DNA of 64,000 nucleotides from contig CABRNB010000001.1 in the NCBI GenBank assembly GCA_902472225.1, positions 29,315 to 93,314 of the forward strand. The letters run 5' to 3'. This DNA is from an uncultured Anaeromassilibacillus sp. (GTDB lineage Bacteria; Bacillota; Clostridia; Oscillospirales; Acutalibacteraceae). The notes under the pieces were generated by a model. The model did no database searches, had not been told where the DNA came from, and saw only the letters and a program-made list of their open reading frames with translations. Below are positions 47,167-58,500 of this stretch, in pieces. The position numbers were made by a program, and so were the translations under genes. How positions within the stretch are numbered: position 1 is the stretch's first letter; every line of letters starts with the position of its first letter.

Positions 47167-48827
47167 CAGGGGTGATCAGCGGCCTTCTTCTCGTTGACGA
47201 CGAGGTTGTAGAAGCGCCAGCCGCCCGTCAGATTGTAGCAGTCGAAGCCGTAGCCCGCAAGAATGCGGCAGGCAATATAGCTGCGCAGGCCGCTTTGGCA
47301 GTGGACGTAGATGGGCTTCTTCGGATCCAGCTCGCCGATGTGCTCGCGCAGCTCGTCCACCGGGATGCCGATAAAGCCGTCGATGCAGCCGTTTGCGCGC
47401 TCCGCGGCGGTGCGCACGTCGAGAAGTGTTACACTGCCGTCGCGCGGCAGGGAGGCAACCTCGTCCCAGTGGAAGGTCTTGATCTTGCCGGTCAGCACGT
47501 TCTCAATCGCGTAGCCCGCATAGTTGACCGGATCCTTTGCGGAGCCGAACGGCGGCGCGTAGCACAGCTCCAGCTCGGTCAAATCGGACGCTGTAAGACC
47601 GGCGCGGATCGCCACGGCGAGTACATCGCAGCGCTTGTCCACGCCGTCGTAGCCGACGAGCTGCGCGCCGAGCAGGCGGCCCGTGCCTTTCTCATAGAGC
47701 ACCTTCATTGAAATTCCGTGTCCGCCGGGATAGTAGGAGGCGTGGGACTGGTTATAGGTGTACATTCTGTCGTAATGGAGACCGGCAGCCTTCGCCGTGC
47801 GCTCGTTGACGCCCGTCATCGCGATGGTCATGTCGAAGAGCTTCAGGACGGAGGAGCCCTGCGTCTGCTTGTATTCGCTCGGAATGCCGCAGAGGTTGTC
47901 CGCCGCAATACGGCCCTGCTTGTTGGCCGGGCCCGCCAGCGGGATATAGCCTTTCTGCTTTGTCACAAAGTCGGTGATTTCCACCGCGTCGCCGACAGCG
48001 TAGATATCGGGGTTCGAGGTGAGCATGTGGGCGTCCGTGAGGATCGCGCCGCGCGCGTTGAGCGCGAGCCCGGCGTCCTTCGCAAGTGCCGTGTCAGGCC
48101 GCACGCCGACGGAGAGAATGACCATGTCCGTCTCAAGTTCGCCGTTCGAGAGCTTTACGCAGAGCTTGCCGCCCTTTTCCTCGATGGCCGTCACGCCGTT
48201 GTTCAGAACGAGATTCAGGCCCTGGCTTCTCGCGTATTGATGCACCTCGCATGCCATATCGTAGTCCAGCGGGGCGATGAGATGATCGCTCAGCTCGACA
48301 ATCGTTGTTTCCACGCCGGATTTCTTGAGGTTTTCGGCCATCTCCACGCCGATGTAGCCGCCGCCGATGACGACGGCACTGTCCGGGAATTCCTCCTCGA
48401 CATATTCGCGGATCTTCTCCGTGTCGGGGATGTTGCGCAGGGTGAAGACGCGCTCGTTGTCCACGCCGGGCAGCGGCGGCACGATCGGGGCCGCGCCGGG
48501 AGAGAGAATCAGCTTGTCATAGCTCTCTTCATACTCGCCCTCGGCTGTGCGGACCGTCACGGTCTTTTCCGCCGTATGGATCGCCGTGACCTCACTGTTC
48601 ACGCGCACGTCCACGTTGAAGCGGCTCTTGAAGCTCTGGGGAGTCTGTAAGGTGAGCGCCGATTTCTTCTTGATCTCGCCGCCAATGTAATACGGCAGGC
48701 CGCAGTTTGCGAAGGAAATGTACGGGCCGCGCTCGAGCATGACGATCTCCGCCTTCTCGTCGAGTCTGCGCAGCCTGGCAGCCGCCGACGCGCCGCCGGC
48801 CACTCCACCGACAATGACCACTTTCAT
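47151..48827 (-). CDS. CoA-disulfide reductase / NAD(P)H persulfide reductase with C-terminal rhodanese domain
   Basis: MKVVIVGGVAGG FAD motif, redox Cys in SFANCGLPY, C-terminal rhodanese YVHCQSGLRS. RBS AAAGGAGG. Confidence 0.8.
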   Translation of the reverse strand: MKVVIVGGVAGGASAAARLRRLDEKAEIVMLERGPYISFANCGLPYYIGGEIKKKSALTLQTPQSFKSRFNVDVRVNSEVTAIHTAEKTVTVRTAEGEYEESYDKLILSPGAAPIVPPLPGVDNERVFTLRNIPDTEKIREYVEEEFPDSAVVIGGGYIGVEMAENLKKSGVETTIVELSDHLIAPLDYDMACEVHQYARSQGLNLVLNNGVTAIEEKGGKLCVKLSNGELETDMVILSVGVRPDTALAKDAGLALNARGAILTDAHMLTSNPDIYAVGDAVEITDFVTKQKGYIPLAGPANKQGRIAADNLCGIPSEYKQTQGSSVLKLFDMTIAMTGVNERTAKAAGLHYDRMYTYNQSHASYYPGGHGISMKVLYEKGTGRLLGAQLVGYDGVDKRCDVLAVAIRAGLTASDLTELELCYAPPFGSAKDPVNYAGYAIENVLTGKIKTFHWDEVASLPRDGSVTLLDVRTAAERANGCIDGFIGIPVDELREHIGELDPKKPIYVHCQSGLRSYIACRILAGYGFDCYNLTGGWRFYNLVVNEKKAADHPCYEPV

Positions 48828-49017
48828 GGGAAAGCCTCCTTTTTGAACGGGGCGCAAACGTCCCGTGTTTCCATTTTCTGTCTCTATCAGCGTACCATGA
48901 AACGCAGGATTTGTAAAATATTTTGTTCGGATAAAATTTATAGGGAAAATACAATGAATGACATTGCCGCCGGCGCCGCGAAGCGCGGAATTTTGCCCGG
49001 CGGAGGAAGGAGATCAC

Positions 49018-49992
49018 ATGAATGCTGAGCTGCTGCGCCGCCTGCGGGAAATCACGGACGAAGAGCGCGCCTTGCTTCAAAAAAAGGACGGCATCCGGCG
49101 AGAGCGGTATTCCTCGGACGGAGAATTTCTGGTGGACAGCGGGCGCGTTATCGGGCCGGGACGTTTGATGGACGTTTCCACGCATACCCGTTTTGCTTAT
49201 TTTCCACGCCACCGCCATAATTATGTGGAAATCATGTATGTTTGTGAGGGAAGCATCACGCACATCCTCGAGGGGGAAAAAACAGTCGTCCTTCATGAGG
49301 GGGATCTGCTCTTTCTCAATCAGTCGTGCCGTCATGAGATTCTCCCGGCCGGGGAGGGCGATATCGGCGTGAACATCATTGTGCTGCCTCAGTTTTTTCA
49401 TACGGCTTTTGGAATGCTGGGCGAGGGGAATATCATGAGCGATTTCCTTCTGCACAGCCTCACGCGCGAGTATCCCACCCCTCTTTCGCTGCAATTCCAC
49501 ACCGCCGACCTTGTCCCCGTGCAGAATCTGATTGAAAATCTCATCTGGTCCGCCGTTTACCGCGATGAGCCGGACGGAAGGCTCAACCAGCTTACGATGG
49601 GGCTGCTGCTTCTGCAGCTGCTGCGCCACACGGAGAGCCTTTCCGCCGAGAGCGTCGGCATGGACAAGTGTGTTCTGCGGGCTCTGCGCTATATTGAGGA
49701 GCATTACGCTCTTGCCAGTCTGGAGGAATTTGCGCTGTCCGAAAGCCGGCCGATGGCGGAGATCAGCCGCGCGATTCACCGTGAAACAGGCTCCACCTTC
49801 AAGGAGCTTCTGCAGAAAAAGCGGTTTCAGGAGGCTGTGGCCATGCTGCAAAACACGTCCATTCCCGTGGCGGACGTCGCCTTTGCCGTGGGCTACAGCA
49901 ACACGAGCTATTTTCACCGCCGTTTCCGAGAAATCTACGGAATGAGTCCGCGGGACTGCCGCCTGCACGCGCGGGAGGCCCCCCACAAATAA
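49018..49992 (+). CDS. AraC-family regulator, likely rhamnose operon activator (RhaR/RhaS-like)
   Basis: Cupin domain plus AraC HTH. Directly upstream of rhaB-rhaA-rhaD. RBS GGAGGAAGGAG. Confidence 0.7.
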   Translation: MNAELLRRLREITDEERALLQKKDGIRRERYSSDGEFLVDSGRVIGPGRLMDVSTHTRFAYFPRHRHNYVEIMYVCEGSITHILEGEKTVVLHEGDLLFLNQSCRHEILPAGEGDIGVNIIVLPQFFHTAFGMLGEGNIMSDFLLHSLTREYPTPLSLQFHTADLVPVQNLIENLIWSAVYRDEPDGRLNQLTMGLLLLQLLRHTESLSAESVGMDKCVLRALRYIEEHYALASLEEFALSESRPMAEISRAIHRETGSTFKELLQKKRFQEAVAMLQNTSIPVADVAFAVGYSNTSYFHRRFREIYGMSPRDCRLHAREAPHK

Positions 49993-50136
49993 GGACGCTG
50001 TTTTTCACAAGCAGCGTCCTTTTCTTCTTTTCCGTTTCCGCCTACAATGAAAAGGAAGGGGAGCGGCAAAACGTTCCCGAGCGAAAGCGAACAAGCGGAT
50101 ACGATCCGCCTTCCCGGGCGGAGAAGGGAGAGGAGT

Positions 50137-51540
50137 ATGGAAACATATTATCTGGCCGTTGATATCGGAGCGTCCAGCGGGAAAATGGAGCTTGGCTGGA
50201 TGGAGAACGGCAAGCTTTGCCTGGAAGAGGTCCGGCGCTTCCCCAATGGGGCGAAGAAGAAAAACGGACGTCGCTGCTGGGATACGGACGCGCTGTTTTC
50301 CGAGATCAAGGCAGGACTGCGCCGCTGTGCCGAGATCGGCAAGATTCCGTCGAGTATGGGCGTGGATACCTGGGGCGTCGATTTCGTGCTTTTGGATGAG
50401 GACGGAAACCGCCTCGGTGACGCTGTGGCCTATCGCGATGACCGCACGGCAGGGATGGACGAGCACCTGCGGGAGTTTCTCACCGAAGAGGAGCTCTACG
50501 CGCGCACCGGCATTCAGAAACAGATTTTCAACACCGTTTATCAGCTGCTCGCGGTGAAGGAACAGGAGCCCGAGCTTCTCAGCCGTGCCGCGCATCTGCT
50601 CATGATTCCCGACTATCTGCACTATCTTCTGACGGGAAATATCGCGGCGGAGTATACGAACGCGAGTACCACCCAGCTCCTCGACGCGAGGACGCGGAAT
50701 TGGGATGATGACCTTATCAGCCGTCTCGGCCTGCCGCGTCGTCTTTTCTCCGAGCCGAAGCAGCCCGGATTCTGTCTCGGCACGCTGCGTCCGGAGATCC
50801 GGGATGAGGTCGGTTTTGACTGCCGCGTCGTTCTCCCTCCGACCCACGACACCGGTTCCGCCGTGCTGGCCGTTCCCGCCGAGGAGAAAGATTTTCTCTT
50901 CCTGAGTTCCGGCACCTGGTCGCTTTTCGGCATGGAGCGTCCGGAACCGGACTGCTCCGAGGCGAGCCGCCGGGCGAATCTGACGAATGAGGGCGGCTTC
51001 GGCGGCACGATCCGTTACCTCAAAAACATTATGGGCTTGTGGATGCTCCAGTCCATCCGCTCCGAGCTCGGCGATGCGTACAGCTTTGCCCGTTTGAGCG
51101 ACGAGGCTGAGACTGTCGGACGTTTCCCCGCCGAAATTGATGTGGACGATCCCTCCTTCCTGGCTCCGCAGAGCATGATCGAGGCAGTGCGGGAATATTG
51201 CGGGCGTACCGGTCAGCCTGTCCCCCAGACGCCGGGTGAGCTTGCCTCCTGCGTCTACTACGGTCTTGCCGCCCGTTATCGCGACGCGGTCCGTGAGCTC
51301 GAATCGCTCACCGGCGTGTCCTGCCCGAGGCTGTACATTGTCGGAGGCGGCAGCAAGGATGGCTACCTCAACCGCCTGACCGCGTCGGCCATCGGCAAAG
51401 AGGTCTCAACCGGTCCCTCTGAGGGAACGGCGGTGGGAAATCTTCTCTCCCAAATGATCGCAGACGGCATTTTTGCCGATGCTGCCGAAGCCCGCGCCGC
51501 TGTGCGCCGCTCGTTCCCGATCGGCCTGATTCAGCCGTAA
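50137..51540 (+). CDS. rhaB: rhamnulokinase (FGGY family)
   Basis: YYLAVDIGASSGK FGGY N-terminus, about 467 aa, followed by rhaA and rhaD. Confidence 0.75.
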   Translation: METYYLAVDIGASSGKMELGWMENGKLCLEEVRRFPNGAKKKNGRRCWDTDALFSEIKAGLRRCAEIGKIPSSMGVDTWGVDFVLLDEDGNRLGDAVAYRDDRTAGMDEHLREFLTEEELYARTGIQKQIFNTVYQLLAVKEQEPELLSRAAHLLMIPDYLHYLLTGNIAAEYTNASTTQLLDARTRNWDDDLISRLGLPRRLFSEPKQPGFCLGTLRPEIRDEVGFDCRVVLPPTHDTGSAVLAVPAEEKDFLFLSSGTWSLFGMERPEPDCSEASRRANLTNEGGFGGTIRYLKNIMGLWMLQSIRSELGDAYSFARLSDEAETVGRFPAEIDVDDPSFLAPQSMIEAVREYCGRTGQPVPQTPGELASCVYYGLAARYRDAVRELESLTGVSCPRLYIVGGGSKDGYLNRLTASAIGKEVSTGPSEGTAVGNLLSQMIADGIFADAAEARAAVRRSFPIGLIQP

Positions 51541-51681
51541 AGCGGGGAAGAGCGAATTGAGCAGGAAGAGTAAATTGAGCAAAGAAAGAGCTTCCATTCC
51601 GCACGACGCTTCCTGTCCCAGCGGCAGGCAAGCTCGTACCGGAGAGCGGGGCCTCACAATCAACGACAGGAGGAAACAAAC

Positions 51682-52926
51682 ATGAAATGCTATGACGCAG
51701 CGAAAGAACGATACGCCGCCCTCGGCGTCGACACCGAGGAGGCCCTGCGCCGTCTCGCGGACATCAAAATCTCCATGCACTGCTGGCAGGGCGACGACGT
51801 GAAGGGCTTTCTCTTCCGCGACCGCGAACTCTCCGGCGGCATCCAGGCCACGGGTGATTATCCCGGTGCGGCACGCACGCCGGACGAGCTGCGCGCCGAT
51901 ATGGACGAGGCGTTTTCTCTGATCCCCGGCAAGCACAAGGTCAACCTCCATTCCACCTATGCGGACACCGATGAGAAGATCGACCTGGACGGAATTGAGT
52001 CCCGCCATTACGCCTCCTGGGTACAGTGGGCGAAGGAGCGCGGCCTCGGCCTGGACTTCAACCCCACCTGCTTCTCTCATGAGAAGGCCGAGACGGGCTA
52101 CACGCTCTCGAGCGCGGATGAGGGGATCCGCTCCTTCTGGGTGGAGCACTGCCGCCGCAGCCGCCGCGTCGGCGAGTATTTCGGCAGGGAGCTCGGTCAG
52201 AAGTGCGTGACGAACGTCTGGATTCCCGACGGCAGCAAGGATATTCCCGTGGATCGTTACGCGCCGCGCCTGCGCCTGAAGCAGTCCCTCGACGAGGTTT
52301 TTGCGGAGAAGCTTGACCCCGCCGCCAATCTCGACGCTGTGGAGAGCAAGCTTTTCGGCATCGGCTCGGAGAGCTACGTTGTCGGTTCCCACGAGTTTTA
52401 TATGGGCTACGCCATGAAAAACAACGTGGCCGTCTGCCTTGATGCGGGGCATTTCCATCCGACGGAGGTCATCAGCAACAAGCTCTCGTCCCTGCTGCTT
52501 TTCAGCGACGAGATGCTGCTGCATGTTTCCCGACCCGTTCGCTGGGACAGCGACCATGTCGTCATCCTCGACGACGAGCTGCAGGAGATCGCGAACGAGG
52601 TGATTCGAGGCGGTCTGCTTGACCGTGTGCACATCGGTCTGGACTTTTTCGACGCGAGCATCAACCGCGTCGCGGCCTGGGTGATCGGCATGCGCAGTAT
52701 GCAGAAGGCCCTGCTGCGCGCTCTCCTCGAGCCTACCGCAAAGATGAAGCAGCTCGAGCTCGACGGCGACTACACGGCCCGCCTTGCCTTCCTGGAGGAG
52801 ATGAAGGCGATGCCGTGGCAGGCCGTCTGGGAGGAGTTCTGCGGTCGGGCCAACATGCCCGCCGGTCTGGAATGGCTGACCGAGGTCCGCGCCTACGAAA
52901 AGAAAATTTTGTCTGAGAGGGCCTGA
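51682..52926 (+). CDS. rhaA: L-rhamnose isomerase
   Basis: 414 aa, [12 protein letters not shown]-terminal signature of RhaA. Confidence 0.85.
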   Translation: MKCYDAAKERYAALGVDTEEALRRLADIKISMHCWQGDDVKGFLFRDRELSGGIQATGDYPGAARTPDELRADMDEAFSLIPGKHKVNLHSTYADTDEKIDLDGIESRHYASWVQWAKERGLGLDFNPTCFSHEKAETGYTLSSADEGIRSFWVEHCRRSRRVGEYFGRELGQKCVTNVWIPDGSKDIPVDRYAPRLRLKQSLDEVFAEKLDPAANLDAVESKLFGIGSESYVVGSHEFYMGYAMKNNVAVCLDAGHFHPTEVISNKLSSLLLFSDEMLLHVSRPVRWDSDHVVILDDELQEIANEVIRGGLLDRVHIGLDFFDASINRVAAWVIGMRSMQKALLRALLEPTAKMKQLELDGDYTARLAFLEEMKAMPWQAVWEEFCGRANMPAGLEWLTEVRAYEKKILSERA

Positions 52927-52943
52927 GAAGGAGGAACCAGAGC

Positions 52944-53759
52944 ATGAACAATATTTTTGAAGCGCCTTTTGTGCGCGAGATGTGCCATATCACCGCCAAC
53001 ATGTACCGCATGGGCTGGGACGAGAGAAACGGCGGCAACATCAGCTGGATTCTCGAGCCGGAGGCCGTTGAACAGTACCTTGACCCCTCCCATGTGCTGC
53101 GCACGCTTCCGCTGAGCTTTGACGCTTCCGCGCTCGCGGGCCGTTATTTCATCGTGACGGGTACGGGCCGGTATTTCCGCAATGTCGAGCGCTGCCCGCA
53201 GGACAACATGGGCGTGATCCGCATCGCGGAGGACGGCAAAAGCTACGATATCCTCTGGGGCTTCGAGAACGGCGGCCGCCCGACAAGCGAACTGCCCGCC
53301 CACTTGATGAACCATATCGCCCGTCTTGCCGTCGACCCGGCGCACCGCGTCGTGATGCACTGCCATCCGGCCAACACGCTGGCTATGACCTATGTCCACG
53401 ACCTCGACGATCGCGCCTTTACGAAAACGCTGTGGCAAATGTGCACCGAATGCATTGTCGTATTCCCGGAGGGTGTTTCCGTGCTTCCGTGGATGGTCTG
53501 CGGCACGAACGCCATCGGAGAGGCGACGGCGGAGAAAATTCGCGATACCCGCGTGGTCCTCTGGGCGGCCCACGGCATCTTCGGCACCGGCCGCGATATG
53601 GACGAGGCCTTTGGTCTTATCGAGACGGTCGAGAAAGCCGCCGAGATCTACATCAAGATCATGAACACCCCCTGGAAGCAGTCCATCACCGACGCCGAGC
53701 TCGCCGCGCTGTGTGAGGAATTTAAACTCACTCCGCGCGAAGGGTATCTTGATCTCTGA
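52944..53759 (+). CDS. rhaD: rhamnulose-1-phosphate aldolase
   Basis: 271 aa class II aldolase. MGWDERNGGNISW motif. Confidence 0.85.
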   Translation: MNNIFEAPFVREMCHITANMYRMGWDERNGGNISWILEPEAVEQYLDPSHVLRTLPLSFDASALAGRYFIVTGTGRYFRNVERCPQDNMGVIRIAEDGKSYDILWGFENGGRPTSELPAHLMNHIARLAVDPAHRVVMHCHPANTLAMTYVHDLDDRAFTKTLWQMCTECIVVFPEGVSVLPWMVCGTNAIGEATAEKIRDTRVVLWAAHGIFGTGRDMDEAFGLIETVEKAAEIYIKIMNTPWKQSITDAELAALCEEFKLTPREGYLDL

Positions 53760-53847
53760 TTTTCATGCTGCCGCGCTGCATTGCGCGGAATATTTTCAAG
53801 GGAAGGGTTTGTTGCAAAATAGCCCCTCCCGAAGTAATACGCAAAAA

Positions 53848-53894
53848 CAGACCTCAAGAGAGCACAAATTCGCTCCTTTTGAGGTCTGTTTTTG
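53848..53894 (+). terminator. rho-independent terminator of the rha operon
   Basis: CAGACCTCAA...TTGAGGTCTG TTTTT. Confidence 0.6.
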
Positions 53895-54051
53895 TTGACA
53901 GGTCTATTTTGGTGCAGGCAGCGGTTGAGCTTTTATCTTGCCCACAGCCTCTTCCTGATCTTGAAGGAGTATGGCGGAGGTTTTTCTTAATTTTTAGGAG
54001 TTTTTTGGGCCAGCTGAGGCGGCTCCCTGTTTTGAGCAGGCTTTTTCAGCC

Positions 54052-55536
54052 TCACAGATTCGTATACCCCATCAGCGATTCGTCGACGGCGCGGGCGGCT
54101 GCTTCACCCTCCGCAATGGCCCACACCACGAGCGACTGACCGCGCCGCATGTCGCCCGCGGCAAAGACGCGCGGAACGTCCGTCAGATAACCGCCGGGAG
54201 CAGTCTGTGCGTTACCCCGGCCGGTGCGGGAGACGCCGAAGGTTTCAGCGGCATAAGGTTCGCAGCCGGTGAAGCCCGCCGCGATAAGCACGAGGTCGGC
54301 GGGGACCTCCTCCTCGCTGCCCTCGACGGGTACCATGCTGAGCCGCCCCGTCTTTTCGTCCTTTTCGGGGCGCAGCGAGATGAGCACGGCGGCGCGCACG
54401 GAGCCGTCCTCGTTCGCGAGGAACTCCTTGACCGTCGTCTGATAGCGGCGCGGGTCGCTGCCGAACACAGCGGCGGCTTCCTCCTGGCCGTAGTCGGTTT
54501 TCTTTACGCGCGGCCATTCGGGCCACGGGTTTGAGGGCAGACGCTCTTCGGGCGGCTCGGGCATCATCTCGAGCTGCAGAACGCTTGCCGCGCCGAGACG
54601 CACCGAGGTGCCGACGCAGTCGTTGCCCGTGTCGCCGCCGCCGATGACAAGGACATGCTTGCCCTGTACTTCATCCTCCGGCGTCTGCAGAAAGTCGCTG
54701 TCAAGAAGGACTTTCGTTACATGACCGAGGAAGTCGACCGCGAAGGAAATGCCCTTCGCCTCGCGGCCGGGAACGTTCAGATCGCGAGGCTGGGATGCGC
54801 CGCACGCGAGGATCACACGGTCGTACTGGCTCAGCAGCGCTTCGCCGGTGACGTCCCGGCCCACGTCCACGCCGCAGACGAACCGCACGCCCGATTGTTC
54901 CATCAGATGGATCCGGCGATCGATGACGCTTTTTTCCAGCTTCATGTTCGGGATGCCGTACCGCAGCAGGCCGCCGGGACGATCGCTGCGCTCGTACACC
55001 GTGACGCTGTGGCCGCGGCGGTTCAGGCAAAGAGCCGCCGCAAGGCCGGCCGGACCGCTGCCGACCACGGCAACGGTCTTTCCTGTGCGGACCGGCGGAG
55101 GATCGCCGGAGACAAGGCCGTTCGCGAACGCATACTCAATCACGCGGCGCTCGTTTTCCTTTGTGGAGACGGGGCCGTCGTGAAGACCGCAGGTGCACGC
55201 CGCCTCACAGAGGGCAGGGCAGACCCGCGAGGTGAATTCCGGCAGGCAGTGCGTTGCGCTCAGGCGGACATATGCCTCCTTCCAGTTGCCGTGATAGACG
55301 AGATCGTTCATCTCCGGGATGAGGTTGTGCAGCGGGCAGCCCGAGGCCATACCCGCAATCATCATCCCTGCCTGGCAGAACGGGACGCCGCAGTCCATGC
55401 ACCGCGCGGCCTGTCTCTGCTGCTCCTCGACCGGGAGGAGGGCGTGGAACTCATGAAAATGTTTGATGCGCTCGAGCGGCGGCGTGACACGTCCCTCTTT
55501 GCGCTGAAATTCCAGAAATCCTGTCGCTTTTCCCAT
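54052..55536 (-). CDS. gltD: glutamate synthase (NADPH) small subunit
   Basis: MGKATGFLEF... N-terminus, Fe-S Cys motifs, FAD/NAD(P) Rossmann folds (VAVVGSGPAGL). RBS GAAGGAGGAG. Confidence 0.9.
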   Translation of the reverse strand: MGKATGFLEFQRKEGRVTPPLERIKHFHEFHALLPVEEQQRQAARCMDCGVPFCQAGMMIAGMASGCPLHNLIPEMNDLVYHGNWKEAYVRLSATHCLPEFTSRVCPALCEAACTCGLHDGPVSTKENERRVIEYAFANGLVSGDPPPVRTGKTVAVVGSGPAGLAAALCLNRRGHSVTVYERSDRPGGLLRYGIPNMKLEKSVIDRRIHLMEQSGVRFVCGVDVGRDVTGEALLSQYDRVILACGASQPRDLNVPGREAKGISFAVDFLGHVTKVLLDSDFLQTPEDEVQGKHVLVIGGGDTGNDCVGTSVRLGAASVLQLEMMPEPPEERLPSNPWPEWPRVKKTDYGQEEAAAVFGSDPRRYQTTVKEFLANEDGSVRAAVLISLRPEKDEKTGRLSMVPVEGSEEEVPADLVLIAAGFTGCEPYAAETFGVSRTGRGNAQTAPGGYLTDVPRVFAAGDMRRGQSLVVWAIAEGEAAARAVDESLMGYTNL

Positions 55537-55552
55537 GGGTGTCTCCTCCTTC

Positions 55553-58500
55553 TCAAGAGCGGATGCTCGCGTAGAACGCTTCGATCTGCGCTTCCTCACG
55601 GCTCATGCCCTGCTCCTCAAACTGGGCGGAGAGCTGCATGAGGCGCTTGTAATCCTCGGGGATGATTTTCTTGAACTTCGGCAGATAGCTTTCGAAGTCC
55701 TCGAGGATGCGCTTTCCCTTTGCGGAGCCGGTATGGCGGACGTGCGCCTCAATCAGGCGGCGTAGCTCCTCGCGGTCGGCCTTCGACTCCACCTTCTCCA
55801 TGCTGACCATGCTCTTGTTCAGATTGCGGTACAGGGCGTTGTGCTCGTCAAGGACGTATGCCACGCCGCCGCTCATGCCCGCGGCGAAGTTCTTGCCCGT
55901 CGGGCCGAGGATGACAGCGCGTCCGCCCGTCATGTATTCGCAGCCGTGCTCGCCGACGCCTTCGACGACGGCGACGGCTCCGGAGTTGCGCACACAGAAG
56001 CGCTCGCCCGCAACGCCGTTGATGTAGGCTTCGCCCGAGGTCGCGCCGTAGAGGGCGACGTTGCCGACGATGATGTTGTCCTCGGGGACGAAGCGCGCCG
56101 CCGGGGAGGGGTGCACAATGAGCTTGCCGCCGGAGAGGCCCTTGCCGAAGTAGTCGTTGCTGTCGCCGCACAGGTCAAGCGTCAGGCCCTTCGGCAGGAA
56201 CGCGCCGAAGCTCTGACCGCCCGCGCCGGTGCAGGCCACGGTGACGGTGTCGTCCTCCATGCCCTCGGGGTGGCGGCGGGTAATTTCCGCGCCGAGCAGC
56301 GTGCCGAAGGTGCGGTCGGTGTTCGTCAAAGCGACGCGGAAGGTGCGCTTTTTGCCGCCCGCGAGCGTGTCGAGAAGGCCCTTGTCGCGCAGCAGGACGG
56401 CTTCGTCCTTCGTCTTTTCCAGCTCGAAATCGTAAGCGTGATCGGGCGAGAAGGTGACGTTCTGCGCGCAGCCGGGGCAGAGGATGCGGCTCAAATCAAG
56501 CCGTGCCGCCGCGCCGGTCAGGTCGGTGCGCTGGCGAAGCAGGTCGGTGCGGCCGACCATCTCGTCCACGGTGCGCACGCCGAGCCGCGCCATGTACTCG
56601 CGCAGCTCCTCGGCAATAAAGCGCATGAAGTTTTCGACGTACTCGGGCTTGCCGCAGAAGCGCTTTCTCAGCTCCGGGTTCTGCGTCGCGATGCCCATGG
56701 GGCAGGTGTCGAGGTTGCACACACGCATCATTACACAGCCGAGCGTCACCAGCGGGGCGGTGGCGAAGCCGAACTCCTCCGCGCCGAGCAGGGCGGCGAT
56801 GGCGACGTCGCGGCCGCTCATCAGCTTGCCGTCCGTCTCAATGACGACACGGTCGCGCAGGCCGTTCTGCAGCAGCGTCTGGTGCGTCTCGGCCAGGCCG
56901 AGCTCCCAGGGAAGGCCGGCGTCGTGGATGGAGCTCAGCGGAGCCGCGCCCGTGCCGCCGTCGTAGCCGGAGATGAGCACGACCTGTGCGCCCGCCTTGG
57001 CCACACCCGCCGCCACAGTGCCGACGCCCGCTTCGGAGACGAGCTTGACGGAAATTCGCGCATTCTTGTTCGCGTTTTTCAAATCGTAAATCAGCTGGGC
57101 GAGATCCTCAATCGAATAAATGTCGTGGTGCGGCGGGGGAGAGATGAGGCTTACGCCGGGGGTGGAGTGGCGCGTTTTCGCGATCCACGGGTAGACCTTG
57201 CGTGCGGGCAGGTGGCCGCCCTCGCCGGGCTTCGCGCCCTGCGCCATCTTGATCTGGATCTCCTTCGCGCTGACAAGGTAACGGCTCGTCACGCCGAAGC
57301 GGCCGCTTGCGACCTGCTTGATGGCCGAGCTGCGGTCATGGTCTGTTCCTGCGGAGGCGAGGCGGTCGTCGCTCTCGCCGCCCTCGCCGCTGTTCGATTT
57401 GCCGTGGAGGTGGTTCATCGCAAGCGCCAGCGCCTCGTGCGCCTCCTGCGAGATGGAGCCGTACGACATCGCGCCCGTCTTGAAGCGGCGCACGATCGAC
57501 TCGACCGGTTCGACCTCCTCGAGCGGTACGCCGTGCTCAGGGTAGGCGAACTCCATCAGGCTGCGCAGGTAGCCGGTTTGCTCCGCGTCGACGAGTTTCG
57601 TGTACTCCTGGAACAGCTCATAGCTGCCTTCGCGGGTGGCCTTCTGCAGCAAATGGATGGTCTGCGGGTTATAGCGGTGCGTTTCACCGCCGCTGCGCAG
57701 CTTGTGGCGGCCGGGGGAGGCGAGCGTCAGGTCGGTCTCGAGGCCGAGCGGGTCAAACGCCTTCGAATGCTGATCATCGGTGCGCTTCGCGATGTCGGCG
57801 AGCGTAATGCCGCCGATGCGGCTGACGGTGCCGGTGAAATATTTGTCCACGACCTCCTGTGAAATGCCGAGCGCCTCGAAAATCTGGCTGCCCTGATACG
57901 ACTGGATGGTTGAGATGCCCATCTTCGACGCGATCTTCACAATGCCCTGCAGAATCGCGTTGTCGTAGTCGTCGACGGCGGCATAGTAGTCCTTGTCAAG
58001 CAGGCCGTCCTCCACGAGAGAGGCGATTGCCGCGTGGGCAAGGTACGGATTGACGGCGCATGCGCCGTAGCCGAGCAGGGCGGCGAAGTGATGCACGTCG
58101 CGCGGCTCGCCGGACTCAAGGATGATCGAGAGGGCGGTGCATTTCTTCGTCTTGACGAGGTGCTTGTGCACGGCGGACACAGCCAGCAGCGAGGGGATCG
58201 CCACGTGGTTTTCGTCCACGCCGCGGTCGGAGAGAATGAGGATATTCGCGCCTTCGCGGTACGCCTTGTCGACGGCGACAAAGAGGGGCTCAAGCACGCG
58301 ATCCATCGGCGTGCTCTTGTAGAACACGATCGGCACGGTCGTTACCTGGAATCCGGGTTTCTGCATTCCCTTGATCTTGAGCAGATCGAGATCGGTCAGA
58401 ATCGGATTGTTGATTTTGAGCACGTGGCAGTTTTCCGGCGACTCCTGCAGCAGGTTGCCGTTCTTGCCCGCGTAGACGGTGGTGGAGGTGACAATTTTCT

